Below, in pieces: positions 9,454 through 19,325 of a stretch of 35,767 nt of DNA. Position numbers and translations under genes: made by a program. Origin of the DNA: a virus (taxonomy: Duplodnaviria; Caudoviricetes); the IMG/VR virus record IMGVR_UViG_3300005573_000195, positions 1-35,767 of that record. One strand, 5' to 3'. The stretch's first letter is position 1. Each line of letters opens with the position of its first letter. The notes under the pieces were generated by a model. The model worked only from the letters and a program-made list of their open reading frames with translations, searched no databases and was not told the DNA's origin.

Positions 9454-10890
9454 TTATCTAGACATTGGATTTGGTTCCTCTTCTTGTGGTTGAATTTCTT
9501 GTTGTTGTGGTTCGGTTGATATTTGTTCGAATGCCCACAGCCACGGATTTTTGGCAGTTGATACCTCGTTATAAATCCAAGAATCCGGAATAAGTTCCTC
9601 TACATGTTCTTTAACAATTTCTTTTAGATTATTATATTGCGGAGAGTTTTTGGAAATAAAAGCGGGGGTATAATTAAGTCCCAGATATTTACCGGCATCT
9701 ACTGGGTTGGAGGCCAATTTGTCAGTAATAGAATCAATAATCATTCTTCTTCTATCAATTAAACTTTGTGGTGTCGGGGGATTTTTTGTTGTTCTAGAAA
9801 TTTCTGCTTCAATATTTTTCCTTTCATTCCATATTAATCCACCCAGAGCATCATTTTGTAAAAGCATTAATTTTTGTCTATTTTCTGTGTTTTTCATTGC
9901 ATCTTTTTCAGAAACATTGCCACGAATAAAAGATTCGAAATCCATATTAGAATAGACACTAGAGGCTGGCGCATAATATCTTTGAATCCTTTGTCCGGTA
10001 TTTTTATCATATACAGATGTATAATCACCCTCTCTTACAATCTGCAAATTCCTCTGAACCGTTGACATTTGGTCTCTAATAACATCTAATGGAATACCAA
10101 GCACATTAGCAGAATCCTCTATTGTAGATTGAGTTTCTGGGGGAAGAGTATCAAAAGAAATTCCCCTACCAGCATAGGTTTGTAAGATAGTGTTTAATTT
10201 ATTCGATGCCTCTGTTTGGGCATCAATTGTCTCCTGTCTTTGTATTTGCTGGCCAGTTAACATTATATTATAAAAATTTGTTAGAGTATTAAATTTATCC
10301 TGCATAAATTGCCGTTGCATATTAATATAGTCAATCTTGGCCTGTCTCACTTGGTTAGCATAATTTAAATCATTTTTTTCAAGAGCTAGCTCTTCTTCTT
10401 TTGTAAGATTTTCTATTGATTTAGAAATTTTAGAAAAGAAATCATCTGTAGCGTCCTGAAATTCTCTTATCTTATTACCCAAAACAGCAGGAGGAAGAGC
10501 CAATGCTTCTCTTGTTCTTTCCATTTCCCTCATTCCGATATCTTTTTGTGTCTCTATATCGCTCCTTGCCTCTTCAAATCTTTGTTGAATTTCCCTTCTG
10601 GCCAATTCTTTTTCTTGATTTAATGCAGCTTCTGTTTCTGCCGCAGAAGGGAATTGGGACTCTATGTTTTGCAAACCACTATAAATATCTTTAATGGTTT
10701 CTCCAAGAAAAGAAGCAGAGGCTTCCATTCCGGTTTGGTTTGTAGATGCATTCGGTACAGTGGAGGTAATAGGAGATGTTGGAGGTTGCGCTGGAGGAGT
10801 ATATGGTTTATATGTATCCCCCGGAATGTCTAAATCTCTAGCGTATTGTCTTCCTGTTATTGGGTCTTTTATAACATCTAATCTAGACAT
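9454..10890 (-). CDS. Putative internal virion (DNA ejection) protein, Q/E-rich coiled coil
   Basis: Helical Q/E-rich composition; lies between the adaptor and the giant protein as in podovirus ejection-protein modules. Confidence 0.5.
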   Translation of the reverse strand: MSRLDVIKDPITGRQYARDLDIPGDTYKPYTPPAQPPTSPITSTVPNASTNQTGMEASASFLGETIKDIYSGLQNIESQFPSAAETEAALNQEKELARREIQQRFEEARSDIETQKDIGMREMERTREALALPPAVLGNKIREFQDATDDFFSKISKSIENLTKEEELALEKNDLNYANQVRQAKIDYINMQRQFMQDKFNTLTNFYNIMLTGQQIQRQETIDAQTEASNKLNTILQTYAGRGISFDTLPPETQSTIEDSANVLGIPLDVIRDQMSTVQRNLQIVREGDYTSVYDKNTGQRIQRYYAPASSVYSNMDFESFIRGNVSEKDAMKNTENRQKLMLLQNDALGGLIWNERKNIEAEISRTTKNPPTPQSLIDRRRMIIDSITDKLASNPVDAGKYLGLNYTPAFISKNSPQYNNLKEIVKEHVEELIPDSWIYNEVSTAKNPWLWAFEQISTEPQQQEIQPQEEEPNPMSR

Positions 10891-10895
10891 ATTAT

Positions 10896-12086
10896 TTAAC
10901 TACTATAATCACCAGAAGTCGACGAGCTTCTAGCTATAGGTGGGTCAAATAAAAGATTCATCATTCTTTTTCTCGGATATTTTCTAATAAAAATAGTATA
11001 GTATTCTTTATAAAGTTTTCTAACATATTCATCATCAACTAGTAATTGTGGATTTAAAATAATTGCCGAATGTAAAGCCAACACATCTCCAATTTCAGGA
11101 TTAAAATCTCCAAACAAGAAAGAATCAGTTGTAGAAGAAAAATTAGTTAAATAATTTCCGTTAATATCCTTTCCCTTGTATTTTGTATAATATTGCAAAA
11201 TCATTGTATCTGGAACGCTTAATCTTAAATAATCTATTCTAAAATTATTGGCACCTGAAAAAGATGAAGAATAGTCAAGGTCAAATTGATAAAATGTTAT
11301 TTGGTGGTCATTAGGAGAACCAACCTGCGTTGCCCCATTCCAAACAAAATCTAATTTATTCCAACCAACCGCAAAAGCCGAACCACCTTCTTGGTTGGTT
11401 ACAGTAACCTTATAATAATTACTAGCATCACTTCCCCAGTTAAAGGAGATAGAGCTGAAATTGGTTATTGTTGGTAAATATACCCAACACTTAAAATGCC
11501 CAACGTCTTTCTGTGCGTATAAATCTTGAGCGGTTACCGTTCTTTTTAAACTCGCTCTATTTAATCCAGAAAGAGAGACATTTATATCGAACCTCAAAGA
11601 ACCGCTCCCTTCTTTATAAGTATAGAGGTCATCAGAAATATTCGTTGTGTCATTTAGTGCTACCCAATTAGTGGCATTATTATAATCGAAGGAATCGATA
11701 GGAAAAGAAGCTACGCTATTTTTTGCCAATACAACCAATTGCCAAATACCACCAGCAGTATAAACACCACACAACCTTGTTTCTGAAGATATTTTTTCAA
11801 TTCTTTCAAAAAGAAATTCCGCTGGTTTATATTTAAAACCACCGTATTTATTTAATTCATCATTGTTGTATCTAAGAGATATAATTTCCCCAAAACCTGC
11901 TGGCAAAGAATAAACATTCTGTTCTTCATCAAAATCGAAAGCATATTCCATTTCATATCCAGGAACACCAAATTGATTAAAAACAAAAGAAGCGGCAGAA
12001 TCAATTACCCTAATTGCTCTCGAGGTATCCAAATTTTGATTGCGAGAAAAGTCTTTTATTTTGGGAATAATATCATTTAGGGTCAT
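10896..12086 (-). CDS. Putative head-tail adaptor / tail tubular protein with inserted beta-sandwich domain
   Basis: Helical N-terminus, YSLPAGF motif typical of adaptor proteins, aromatic beta-rich insert (GWNKLDFVW, FRIDYLRL); adjacent to the nozzle-like gene. Confidence 0.5.
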   Translation of the reverse strand: MTLNDIIPKIKDFSRNQNLDTSRAIRVIDSAASFVFNQFGVPGYEMEYAFDFDEEQNVYSLPAGFGEIISLRYNNDELNKYGGFKYKPAEFLFERIEKISSETRLCGVYTAGGIWQLVVLAKNSVASFPIDSFDYNNATNWVALNDTTNISDDLYTYKEGSGSLRFDINVSLSGLNRASLKRTVTAQDLYAQKDVGHFKCWVYLPTITNFSSISFNWGSDASNYYKVTVTNQEGGSAFAVGWNKLDFVWNGATQVGSPNDHQITFYQFDLDYSSSFSGANNFRIDYLRLSVPDTMILQYYTKYKGKDINGNYLTNFSSTTDSFLFGDFNPEIGDVLALHSAIILNPQLLVDDEYVRKLYKEYYTIFIRKYPRKRMMNLLFDPPIARSSSTSGDYSS

Positions 12087-12110
12087 AATAAAATGATGAC
12101 ATAAAAACGA

Positions 12111-13925
12111 CTATCTTTCAACTGTTAAGTTTGGTTGATAACCGACCTGTATTTCTTCAACGCCAAATCCCGGATATGTTGTACTCCTTATTTCAATCTT
12201 GAACCTAATCCATTCCGATGTTTCCCCAATATCAATAATTTTAGATTGTTGAGCGTTATCAGTAATTGTGTCGGGAATCTTTTTCCAGTTTCCCCAAATA
12301 AAATAACTTTGTCCAGTTGGATTACTTAAAAATCCCTCATCTAAAACTATAGTCTTGGGGTCGGTTCCAGTTATACTAACAACATGTGCCATAAGTCCGC
12401 TGTTGTCTCCTTGAGTAAAGAAAACCTCATCCCCCACATTAATAGAATCACCAACGACACCATATGGAACAGTAAATGTAGTTGAATTAACCCAAGTCGC
12501 CGTAGCAAATTCATTTTGATTAATCATATCTGATGTTTGATATTTGATAATAATTTGAGAATTTTGAACCCGTCCCGAGGGAAAAATTCTCGGATTATAT
12601 TTAATAGCGATATTCCTCCAAACATTATTAATATCCGAAGACGATATCTTGGAAGTAATAAAATAACTTCTTCTTTCGGGAGAAAAAGATGGATTGTTTT
12701 GAGCCAAATAACCAAATATTCCATTGGTCCCAGCACTACTAACGCCAGAAACATAATTAATTCCAACAAATAAGGAGGCGCTCGGCGTATCAACAGCGTA
12801 AATGGCACCATTGCTATACCCTTGAATAAATGTTTCTCCGAATCCCCTTTGGTTAGTTCGAGATGGTTGCGGAGAAGCAAGATGATAAAAACTTCCCGTG
12901 TTAGAACTAAAAACCCAAATTCCTCCATTCATTCTGGGAGGATAACCAGGAATCAAAAAATAGGCATTTTTGTCGCTTATTGCAATTCCATTCCTATGAG
13001 GAAGCGATAAGTAATCGTGCTCACGAAAAGAAACGGGAAGACTTCCAGTTAAAACGAAATTACTTCCATTCCAATATCTTAATTGACCCTTCACATCAAG
13101 TATATAAAGAATATTATTCCAAACAAACCCTATCGCCCCCCCTTCATCGATGTTTACTTGTCTAATTTGCTCTGAATAGGGGTCGTATTCAAACATTGCC
13201 CCAGGGGCACCAGAATACAACTCTCTCGCCCCAATATAAATTTTCTCTCTGGTTTTTTGCATCCACGTAATCGTGTATTTTTCCGGAAGAATTATTGCTC
13301 CATACATAACATCATTGTTAGTTGGAGAATGTGGCGTATTAACTCGATGAACCATATTTCCATCGCTTATAAACAGAATGGGGGTATTACCGAAAGTTAA
13401 TAAAACATGTGGGAGATTTACCTTGAGTGGGGTCTGCGCCAATCCACCATTTACGACAGAATCTGTCCACCAATTGGTTTTCCAAGTTGTTGTGCTAACA
13501 TCGGCACTAAACCGAGCCAAATCAGAACCATTACTAACCCCAGAAACAACAACAATATCCTGACCACTAGCGTTCCCTGTAGTTTGTCCGGTAATTTCTA
13601 TATCTGCATCATTTAAATTGGTGGGGGAATTAGTTAAAGTATCTGCGGAAAAGGATTGACCAATCCAATCGGCTTTGTATATTTTTTCACAAACTGCCCA
13701 GTAAGAATACGAACCAGAAAAAGTAGAAAAAACAAAATCAGTCGCCTTTTCCATTCCAGGAATATCTTGATTAGTTGTATAAGGAAGAAGACTGTTCCCG
13801 TTAACAACCGCCCCCAATACATAATCTAAATCAATATTGTATGTTTCTCCGATATCCCCAAAGTATGTTCTAGCATTAGAAACAACCCAGTCTTTTTGCT
13901 TTTGTGGAAAAACTGCTTTAGGCAT
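12111..13925 (-). CDS. Putative tail nozzle / stabilisation protein (beta-propeller)
   Basis: 604 aa beta-rich protein ending SEWIRFKIEIR...VEEIQV, as in P22 gp10 / T7 gp12-like proteins; synteny. Confidence 0.5.
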   Translation of the reverse strand: MPKAVFPQKQKDWVVSNARTYFGDIGETYNIDLDYVLGAVVNGNSLLPYTTNQDIPGMEKATDFVFSTFSGSYSYWAVCEKIYKADWIGQSFSADTLTNSPTNLNDADIEITGQTTGNASGQDIVVVSGVSNGSDLARFSADVSTTTWKTNWWTDSVVNGGLAQTPLKVNLPHVLLTFGNTPILFISDGNMVHRVNTPHSPTNNDVMYGAIILPEKYTITWMQKTREKIYIGARELYSGAPGAMFEYDPYSEQIRQVNIDEGGAIGFVWNNILYILDVKGQLRYWNGSNFVLTGSLPVSFREHDYLSLPHRNGIAISDKNAYFLIPGYPPRMNGGIWVFSSNTGSFYHLASPQPSRTNQRGFGETFIQGYSNGAIYAVDTPSASLFVGINYVSGVSSAGTNGIFGYLAQNNPSFSPERRSYFITSKISSSDINNVWRNIAIKYNPRIFPSGRVQNSQIIIKYQTSDMINQNEFATATWVNSTTFTVPYGVVGDSINVGDEVFFTQGDNSGLMAHVVSITGTDPKTIVLDEGFLSNPTGQSYFIWGNWKKIPDTITDNAQQSKIIDIGETSEWIRFKIEIRSTTYPGFGVEEIQVGYQPNLTVER

Positions 13926-14809
13926 TACCTTCTAATTTTATTATACTCACGACTTTGCATAAATTCCCAAAACGACATTGACAATGTCTTGTTGTTAGCA
14001 TCGGTTGTTTTAATTCTAACATCAATAATCATATAAAATGGGGCCTGTGCGGCTTTTGGCAGATGAGAGGTAATTACACCCGCTGGTCTAAAACCAATTG
14101 AGTCGTTTGGACCCTTAACATAAAAAACTATCTTTTCATTAGGATAATATCTGGCTTCTAAATTATAAGAGGTTGAAGAACTAATGGTCATTAAATTGAT
14201 TTCTTGTATTGTTCCACCACCATCACAACTAACGCCCTTTAATGTATTGTTAACTATTTTAAATCCATAAAATGAGAAACTAGAATTATTAGAAGGACCA
14301 ACAGTCAACCAGGATTCTAAATTAGAAACACTATTTAAAACTATATTAGTTCTAAATGCGTTTTTTTTGTAAAAAGTTAAAACGCCTTGCCACTCCGGCT
14401 GTTTATATATTCTAACCTCATTATTTGCTGTTGCTCCGGTGGAAAGAATCAACTGTTCGGAGTTATTGGTAATGCTTCCTCCCGATGGAATTGTTTGATT
14501 ATAACCATCAATGCTCTCAAAAAACGTTGACCAAAAAAACATATCCTCCCATATGCTTTCATAAATCATATTAAAAAAATCTAATCCCCTATTTAATCCC
14601 AATCCAATTACTTTTGCTGTTCTCTCGTCTAATGGATAATTAACGGGGGGAACATTTCTTTCTGTTATTTCTTTCTTCACCAAATTTACATCCTCCTCTA
14701 TTTTTGCTAATTTATTTTCTAAAGATATAATTCTATTTTCGTCAATCATAATAATAAAAACACTAATTAAGAATAATATAACCAAAATCGCAAACAAAAT
14801 CTTCTTCAT
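13925..14809 (-). CDS. Putative tail-associated protein with hydrophobic N-terminus, coiled coil and beta-sandwich
   Basis: MKKILFAILVILFLISVFII hydrophobic leader; the start is supported by AAAGGTCG 18 nt upstream. Confidence 0.45.
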   Translation of the reverse strand: MKKILFAILVILFLISVFIIMIDENRIISLENKLAKIEEDVNLVKKEITERNVPPVNYPLDERTAKVIGLGLNRGLDFFNMIYESIWEDMFFWSTFFESIDGYNQTIPSGGSITNNSEQLILSTGATANNEVRIYKQPEWQGVLTFYKKNAFRTNIVLNSVSNLESWLTVGPSNNSSFSFYGFKIVNNTLKGVSCDGGGTIQEINLMTISSSTSYNLEARYYPNEKIVFYVKGPNDSIGFRPAGVITSHLPKAAQAPFYMIIDVRIKTTDANNKTLSMSFWEFMQSREYNKIRR

Positions 14810-14835
14810 ATTTACTATTCTCCTTTTCGACCTTT

Positions 14836-15138
14836 TTATTTTCTTTCATTTTTTATTTCTCTAATTTCTACCTGAAGAGCAACAATGGCTTTCCCCTGTT
14901 CTCTAACTTCTTTCCATAATTCATTTATCTCATTTCTTATATCAATCAAATCGTGAAAATACTCATTATTAACCCTCTTCTTAAGTTCAGCCACATCTTT
15001 TATGGCATTATTATTAATTTTACCATTTATTTTATTTAAGACAAATTCTATTAGGGGCCTAATAATAAAAACGATTGATAAAGCAATAACTCCCGCCCAA
15101 GATATATCTGATAAAATTTTTAATGTTTCTGTGTCCAT
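14836..15138 (-). CDS. Small single-TM coiled-coil protein, holin-like
   Basis: Start MDTETLK at 15138, just after the upstream stop; TM segment WAGVIALSIVFII followed by a coiled coil. Confidence 0.45.
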   Translation of the reverse strand: MDTETLKILSDISWAGVIALSIVFIIRPLIEFVLNKINGKINNNAIKDVAELKKRVNNEYFHDLIDIRNEINELWKEVREQGKAIVALQVEIREIKNERK

Positions 15139-15140
15139 AA

Positions 15141-16055
15141 TTATAATTGTGTAAGCAATAATCGGCGACGAGAAGAAGATAAAATAACATAAGAAATATA
15201 GACAGCACCTGAACCCCCAGAGCCAGGAGGCCAATAATACAGTGGGTCAAATACGGTTCCACCACCACCACCACCAAAAAGTCCACCATTACCAGGGGAA
15301 TAATAACCCGCATTAGTACCATTTGTTCCACCATATCCAAGATATGCACCGCCACCAGTTCCTCCTGTTCCATAAGTACCATTACTTAACGTACCACCAC
15401 CCCCGCCGCCACCACCATAAGCACCACCATTAGCACCGTTATTACCACGATCACTTGCATTCATTCCATTGGCTGTAGTTCCAGCACCACCACTACCACC
15501 ACTAGCAAATTGGTTATAACTACCACCGCCATTGTGAACAACATCACCAACCCCACTACCACCAGAACCACCATAACTATTTATACCACCACCGCCACCA
15601 TTACCAGCAACTATTGTATTATTTATAAAATAACTTTGACCACCATTACCACCAACACCAGACCGAGTCCCAGCTCCACCAGCACCAACAACAACTGTAT
15701 ATCCAGTTCCGGGGGTGACAGATATATTATTTTTTTTACCATATCCTCCACCACCGCCACCAGTATTATAAGTATAACTACCTCCTCCTCCACCACCCCA
15801 ACACTCAACCGTCACCGAAGTTACGCCCTCAGGACAAGTCCAGGTATAAGTTCCTGGTGTGGTATAAATATCAACGGGGTCTAAATTGTCTAGACAATAA
15901 AAATGTGTATAATCTCCTTTATCAACAGCAAATCCCCAACCCTTAACTATATCTTGGGTTAAATAAGCATTTTTAAAACCATATCTGATTTTTAAAATAA
16001 TTAGGTTTAAAAGATTGATTGGGTTTATAAGTCTTTTAAATTTTTCCCAAAACAT
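15141..16055 (-). CDS. Glycine-rich domain tail fibre / virion protein
   Basis: YTTPGTYTWTCPEGVTSVTVECWGGGGGG...GSGGSGAVYISY, the usual phage glycine-rich domain framing. Confidence 0.75.
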   Translation of the reverse strand: MFWEKFKRLINPINLLNLIILKIRYGFKNAYLTQDIVKGWGFAVDKGDYTHFYCLDNLDPVDIYTTPGTYTWTCPEGVTSVTVECWGGGGGGSYTYNTGGGGGGYGKKNNISVTPGTGYTVVVGAGGAGTRSGVGGNGGQSYFINNTIVAGNGGGGGINSYGGSGGSGVGDVVHNGGGSYNQFASGGSGGAGTTANGMNASDRGNNGANGGAYGGGGGGGGTLSNGTYGTGGTGGGAYLGYGGTNGTNAGYYSPGNGGLFGGGGGGTVFDPLYYWPPGSGGSGAVYISYVILSSSRRRLLLTQL

Positions 16056-16056
16056 A

Positions 16057-17505
16057 TTATTGTTGATTAGATGACGACACCAAAGCCTTTGTTGTTGTCA
16101 CATATTTAATAATTATCTCCATCGTTTTGTTTGCGGTGGTAGTTGTCGGTAAAGTTGCCCCAATAGCAGCATAATTTGTCCCGAAAGATATAGTCTGTGC
16201 CGTTCCGTTATCCGTAAGATAAATCACAAAAATATCACCAACCGAAGGAGAGGTTGCGTTATTTATAGTGATTGCGTTTGCAAGTGCCGTGACATAGTAT
16301 TCATCATATTGGGATTTATCTGGGGTAATTGAGGTTGGGGAAGTTTGAGTATTTTGGCGAGGATAAAGCCTTTTATTAGAAAGCGACTGGGCATCTGTTG
16401 TTCCAACAACAACACTAGAGGGTGGGGTTTTTGTAGACCAAGTATCTAAATTAGCAGACCACGCCTGAACATCTGTACCGATAGCAAGTCCCAAATTAGT
16501 TCTGGCTGTTGCCGCATCGCTTGCTCCTGTGCCGCCATCAGCTATTGCTAAATCAGTAATTCCTGTAATTGAGCCACCGGTTATAGAAACCGCATTGGCA
16601 TTTTGAGTAGCCATAGTTCCTAAAACGGTTGTGTCAAGAGAAAATGTTCCAGCCGCTGTCATTTTTACAAACGAAGGTGAGGTATAAGTAAGCCCAGACA
16701 AACTTTGAAGATTGGCGTGATAAGCCTGAACATCTGTACCGATAGCAAGTCCCAAATTAGTTCTGGCTGTTGCCGCATCGCTTGCTCCTGTGCCGCCATC
16801 AGCTATTGCTAAATCAGTAATTCCTGTAATTGAGCCACCGGTTATAGAAACCGCATTGGCATTTTGAGTAGCCATAGTTCCTAAAACGGTTGTGTCAAGA
16901 GAAAATGTTCCAGCCGCTGTCATTTTTACAAACGAAGGTGAGGTATAAGTAAGCCCAGACAAACTTTGAAGATTGGCGTGATAAGCCTGAACATCTGTAC
17001 CGATAGCAAGTCCCAAATTAGTTCTGGCTGTTGCCGCATCGGCATCACCTATTAAAGAGCGCCCAAATGCCGTAAGTGGAGTTTCTGCCCAAACACCAAC
17101 GCCCGTTGTATAAGCAATTTTATCGGCTCCAGTTCCCAGATTTGCTAAACTATTTAGAGTGGCACTTAATGTTATGTTTGTTCTTAAGTTTGTAGCATCA
17201 TCAGCAGCGGTAATTCCGGCGCCAACAAAATTCATTATTGCCCTCTGCGTAAGAGTAGTTCCTTCTTCTTGAATTGTAGTATAACCACCACCGCTGGTGT
17301 CCAATAAATTATATTCAACCCCAGAACTATTTAAGAAATAAAGGTTATGGTCCGAACTTTTAACATATAACTTTCCATAACCAGGTATTGATGTTTGAGC
17401 AGTTGTCTCTTGAAGATTCACAACACCGCCAGTTCCCGATTGAACCCACGTGATTTCATTGTCCGTTAATTGTCCAGAAAATACTCTAAGATTTTTGAAT
17501 GCCAT
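16057..17505 (-). CDS. Tail fibre protein with internal repeats
   Basis: Repeated DAATARTNLGL, LGTMATQNANAVSITGGSI and LAIADGGTGAS fibre-shaft motifs. Confidence 0.8.
   Translation of the reverse strand: MAFKNLRVFSGQLTDNEITWVQSGTGGVVNLQETTAQTSIPGYGKLYVKSSDHNLYFLNSSGVEYNLLDTSGGGYTTIQEEGTTLTQRAIMNFVGAGITAADDATNLRTNITLSATLNSLANLGTGADKIAYTTGVGVWAETPLTAFGRSLIGDADAATARTNLGLAIGTDVQAYHANLQSLSGLTYTSPSFVKMTAAGTFSLDTTVLGTMATQNANAVSITGGSITGITDLAIADGGTGASDAATARTNLGLAIGTDVQAYHANLQSLSGLTYTSPSFVKMTAAGTFSLDTTVLGTMATQNANAVSITGGSITGITDLAIADGGTGASDAATARTNLGLAIGTDVQAWSANLDTWSTKTPPSSVVVGTTDAQSLSNKRLYPRQNTQTSPTSITPDKSQYDEYYVTALANAITINNATSPSVGDIFVIYLTDNGTAQTISFGTNYAAIGATLPTTTTANKTMEIIIKYVTTTKALVSSSNQQ
16463..17041. 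repeat. 261-bp in-frame tandem repeat, about 2.2 copies
   Basis: gcctgaacatctgtaccgatagc recurs at 16463, 16724 and 16985; the copies appear identical by eye. Confidence 0.95.
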
Positions 17506-17692
17506 TGTCTTGAAGAATTATATCCCAACGAACAGTAATCCACTTTTTAAAAACTTTTGTAAATAAATTCGCCGGAACAATATTTAGACCAAATACAATT
17601 CCATACTTTTTTGAAAGTTCTTTTAATTCCTCGTTAAATTTTTTACCCCTTTCTTCAAAAGACAATTCTTTTTCGTTCATAAGTTCATTCAT
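17486..17692 (-). CDS. Hypothetical protein
   Basis: 68 aa ORF coupled to its neighbours in the structural operon. Confidence 0.6.
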   Translation of the reverse strand: MNELMNEKELSFEERGKKFNEELKELSKKYGIVFGLNIVPANLFTKVFKKWITVRWDIILQDNGIQKS

Positions 17693-18396
17693 AAATTTGA
17701 AAATTTGTTAAATTGTTTAATATATCTTTTTTTTAATCGGTGATACATTAAACTAATTTCGGCCCTTTGTTTATCTAATTGACTTTTTTCTCCTTCTACC
17801 CTGTCTCTAAATTTTATTATATCTTTATAAAGATGTAAATATTCCTGCTTCTCATTCTTTAATTTTTCTATTTCGTTCGAAAGATTTGTTTTCTGCAACT
17901 CTAGTTTCTGTAATTCTTTTTTAATTCCTTCCCTTTCTTTTATTTCTGATTTTAGTGTTTCTAAATATAATTTCTGGTTATTTGTATTCTGTATCAAAGA
18001 CTGTAATTGTTTTTTATATTCTTCTATTTGATTTTCCAATGACAACTTTTCTTTCTGTTTGTTTTCTAAATGCAATGAAATATTATTGATGCTTATCTCG
18101 TTTTCTTTCTTGATTTCTTCCTTTCTCTTAATTAATCCCCCAATTTCTTCTAAAAGCAATGCTTTTTCTTTTTTTAAATTATCAATATTGTTTTCTAAAT
18201 TTTTAATTAATGGTTCTTTTAGTTCTCTTACTTTTTTCAATTCCTCTCTAACAATTTCAATTTCTTTTCTTTTAGACTCAAGCTCTTTGTTTTTTGATTC
18301 AATTTGAGAAACTATTACACTTAAATCTTTAAAAAAAACAAGTGCGTCTTTTTTAAGAGCTTCTTCGGTTTTGTCTGTATCTATATTTTGCTGCAT
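17689..18396 (-). CDS. Long coiled-coil protein
   Basis: K/E/L heptad pattern over about 200 aa. Confidence 0.7.
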   Translation of the reverse strand: MQQNIDTDKTEEALKKDALVFFKDLSVIVSQIESKNKELESKRKEIEIVREELKKVRELKEPLIKNLENNIDNLKKEKALLLEEIGGLIKRKEEIKKENEISINNISLHLENKQKEKLSLENQIEEYKKQLQSLIQNTNNQKLYLETLKSEIKEREGIKKELQKLELQKTNLSNEIEKLKNEKQEYLHLYKDIIKFRDRVEGEKSQLDKQRAEISLMYHRLKKRYIKQFNKFSNL

Positions 18397-18434
18397 ATTT
18401 TCTTTTGCTTCCTCGATTACAAAAAGCAGCCATA

Positions 18435-18872
18435 TTAGTTAGACCTTAAACTTAACACAAGATTTATACTCGACCCAGTATTAGTTCCATTACCCTGAAC
18501 GGTAATCTTGTAGGCCCGATTAGCTCCTAATGGAAAATGCCACATTTTTCTGGCGGCGCTGTCTGTTAAAACAATAGAAATCGGATTAAGTGTCAGGGCA
18601 CCAGAGCTTGAAGATTCTTCTGTTTCGGTAAACCATTGATTAGCGTCTGGGTTTCCATATGGAGAACCATATAATTTAATTGTGCAATTGGTTAAAGAAC
18701 CCCTTGTAAAATCAATAAAAAGGGTTCCTTGCGTGTTGTTACCAACACTAATTATACTTGACGGGTCAACATCTGCTCCCTTTACAACAATTGCATCTGT
18801 TTCTGTAGTTGGAACCGGACTAGTAGTATAACTTGCCCGTTCTGTTGCTTCAGCAAATTTAATTACTTCCAT
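18435..18872 (-). CDS. Small beta-rich virion protein
   Basis: T/S/G-rich beta-strand composition; in the head module. Confidence 0.5.
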   Translation of the reverse strand: MEVIKFAEATERASYTTSPVPTTETDAIVVKGADVDPSSIISVGNNTQGTLFIDFTRGSLTNCTIKLYGSPYGNPDANQWFTETEESSSSGALTLNPISIVLTDSAARKMWHFPLGANRAYKITVQGNGTNTGSSINLVLSLRSN

Positions 18873-18874
18873 GA

Positions 18875-19198
18875 TTATTTTTTACAAAATCTTTTGTGGG
18901 CAATAAATCCGACCTTTTTAGTAAACACCTTGCCACATTTATCGCAAACAAATCCTCTTGGTTCAGCTGGTTCTTCTTGTTTCGGTTGTTCAATAATTTC
19001 TTGTTCTTGTTCTTTTGGCCGCTCAACAACAACTTCCTGTGTTTCTTCTATTTTCTCTTCTACTAATTCTAATTTTCTATGCCAATATAGAGCCAACAAC
19101 CTTTGACCTGTTAAATCATCAATTTCTATCACTCTCCCAGCGGGAATTTCTATTCCCTCAAATTTAAAATTTTCAGTTGTGATATTTTTAATTCTCAT
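18875..19198 (-). CDS. Protein with C-terminal C2H2/C2HC-type zinc finger
   Basis: FVCDKCGKVFTKKVGFIAHKRFC. Confidence 0.75.
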   Translation of the reverse strand: MRIKNITTENFKFEGIEIPAGRVIEIDDLTGQRLLALYWHRKLELVEEKIEETQEVVVERPKEQEQEIIEQPKQEEPAEPRGFVCDKCGKVFTKKVGFIAHKRFCKK

Positions 19199-19232
19199 AG
19201 CTATTTAATGGTTTTGTTTTGATTTTATTTTT

Positions 19233-19294
19233 GGGCGGGTTTTTGGGATTACTCCTTTCGGATAGTTCCCTTCGGAACCCGCCACAAACCGCCT
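19233..19294 (-). other. GC-rich structured element downstream of the major capsid gene
   Basis: Minus strand GGCGGGTT...AACCCGCC stem enclosing TCC-GAAA-GGA; a competing GTTCC-GAAG-GGAAC hairpin overlaps its 5' arm. Confidence 0.55.
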
Positions 19295-19325
19295 GTTTTA
19301 TTCAGGAAAATTAGCTGCTCAGGAA

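Noticed and set aside
16463-17041. Diversity-generating retroelement TR/VR pair
   Set aside because: Repeats appear identical and in-frame with no adenine-specific mismatches, and no reverse transcriptase is in the window.
19233-19294. tRNA or classical rho-independent terminator
   Set aside because: No cloverleaf or T-loop consensus, and no U-tract after the stem on the coding strand.
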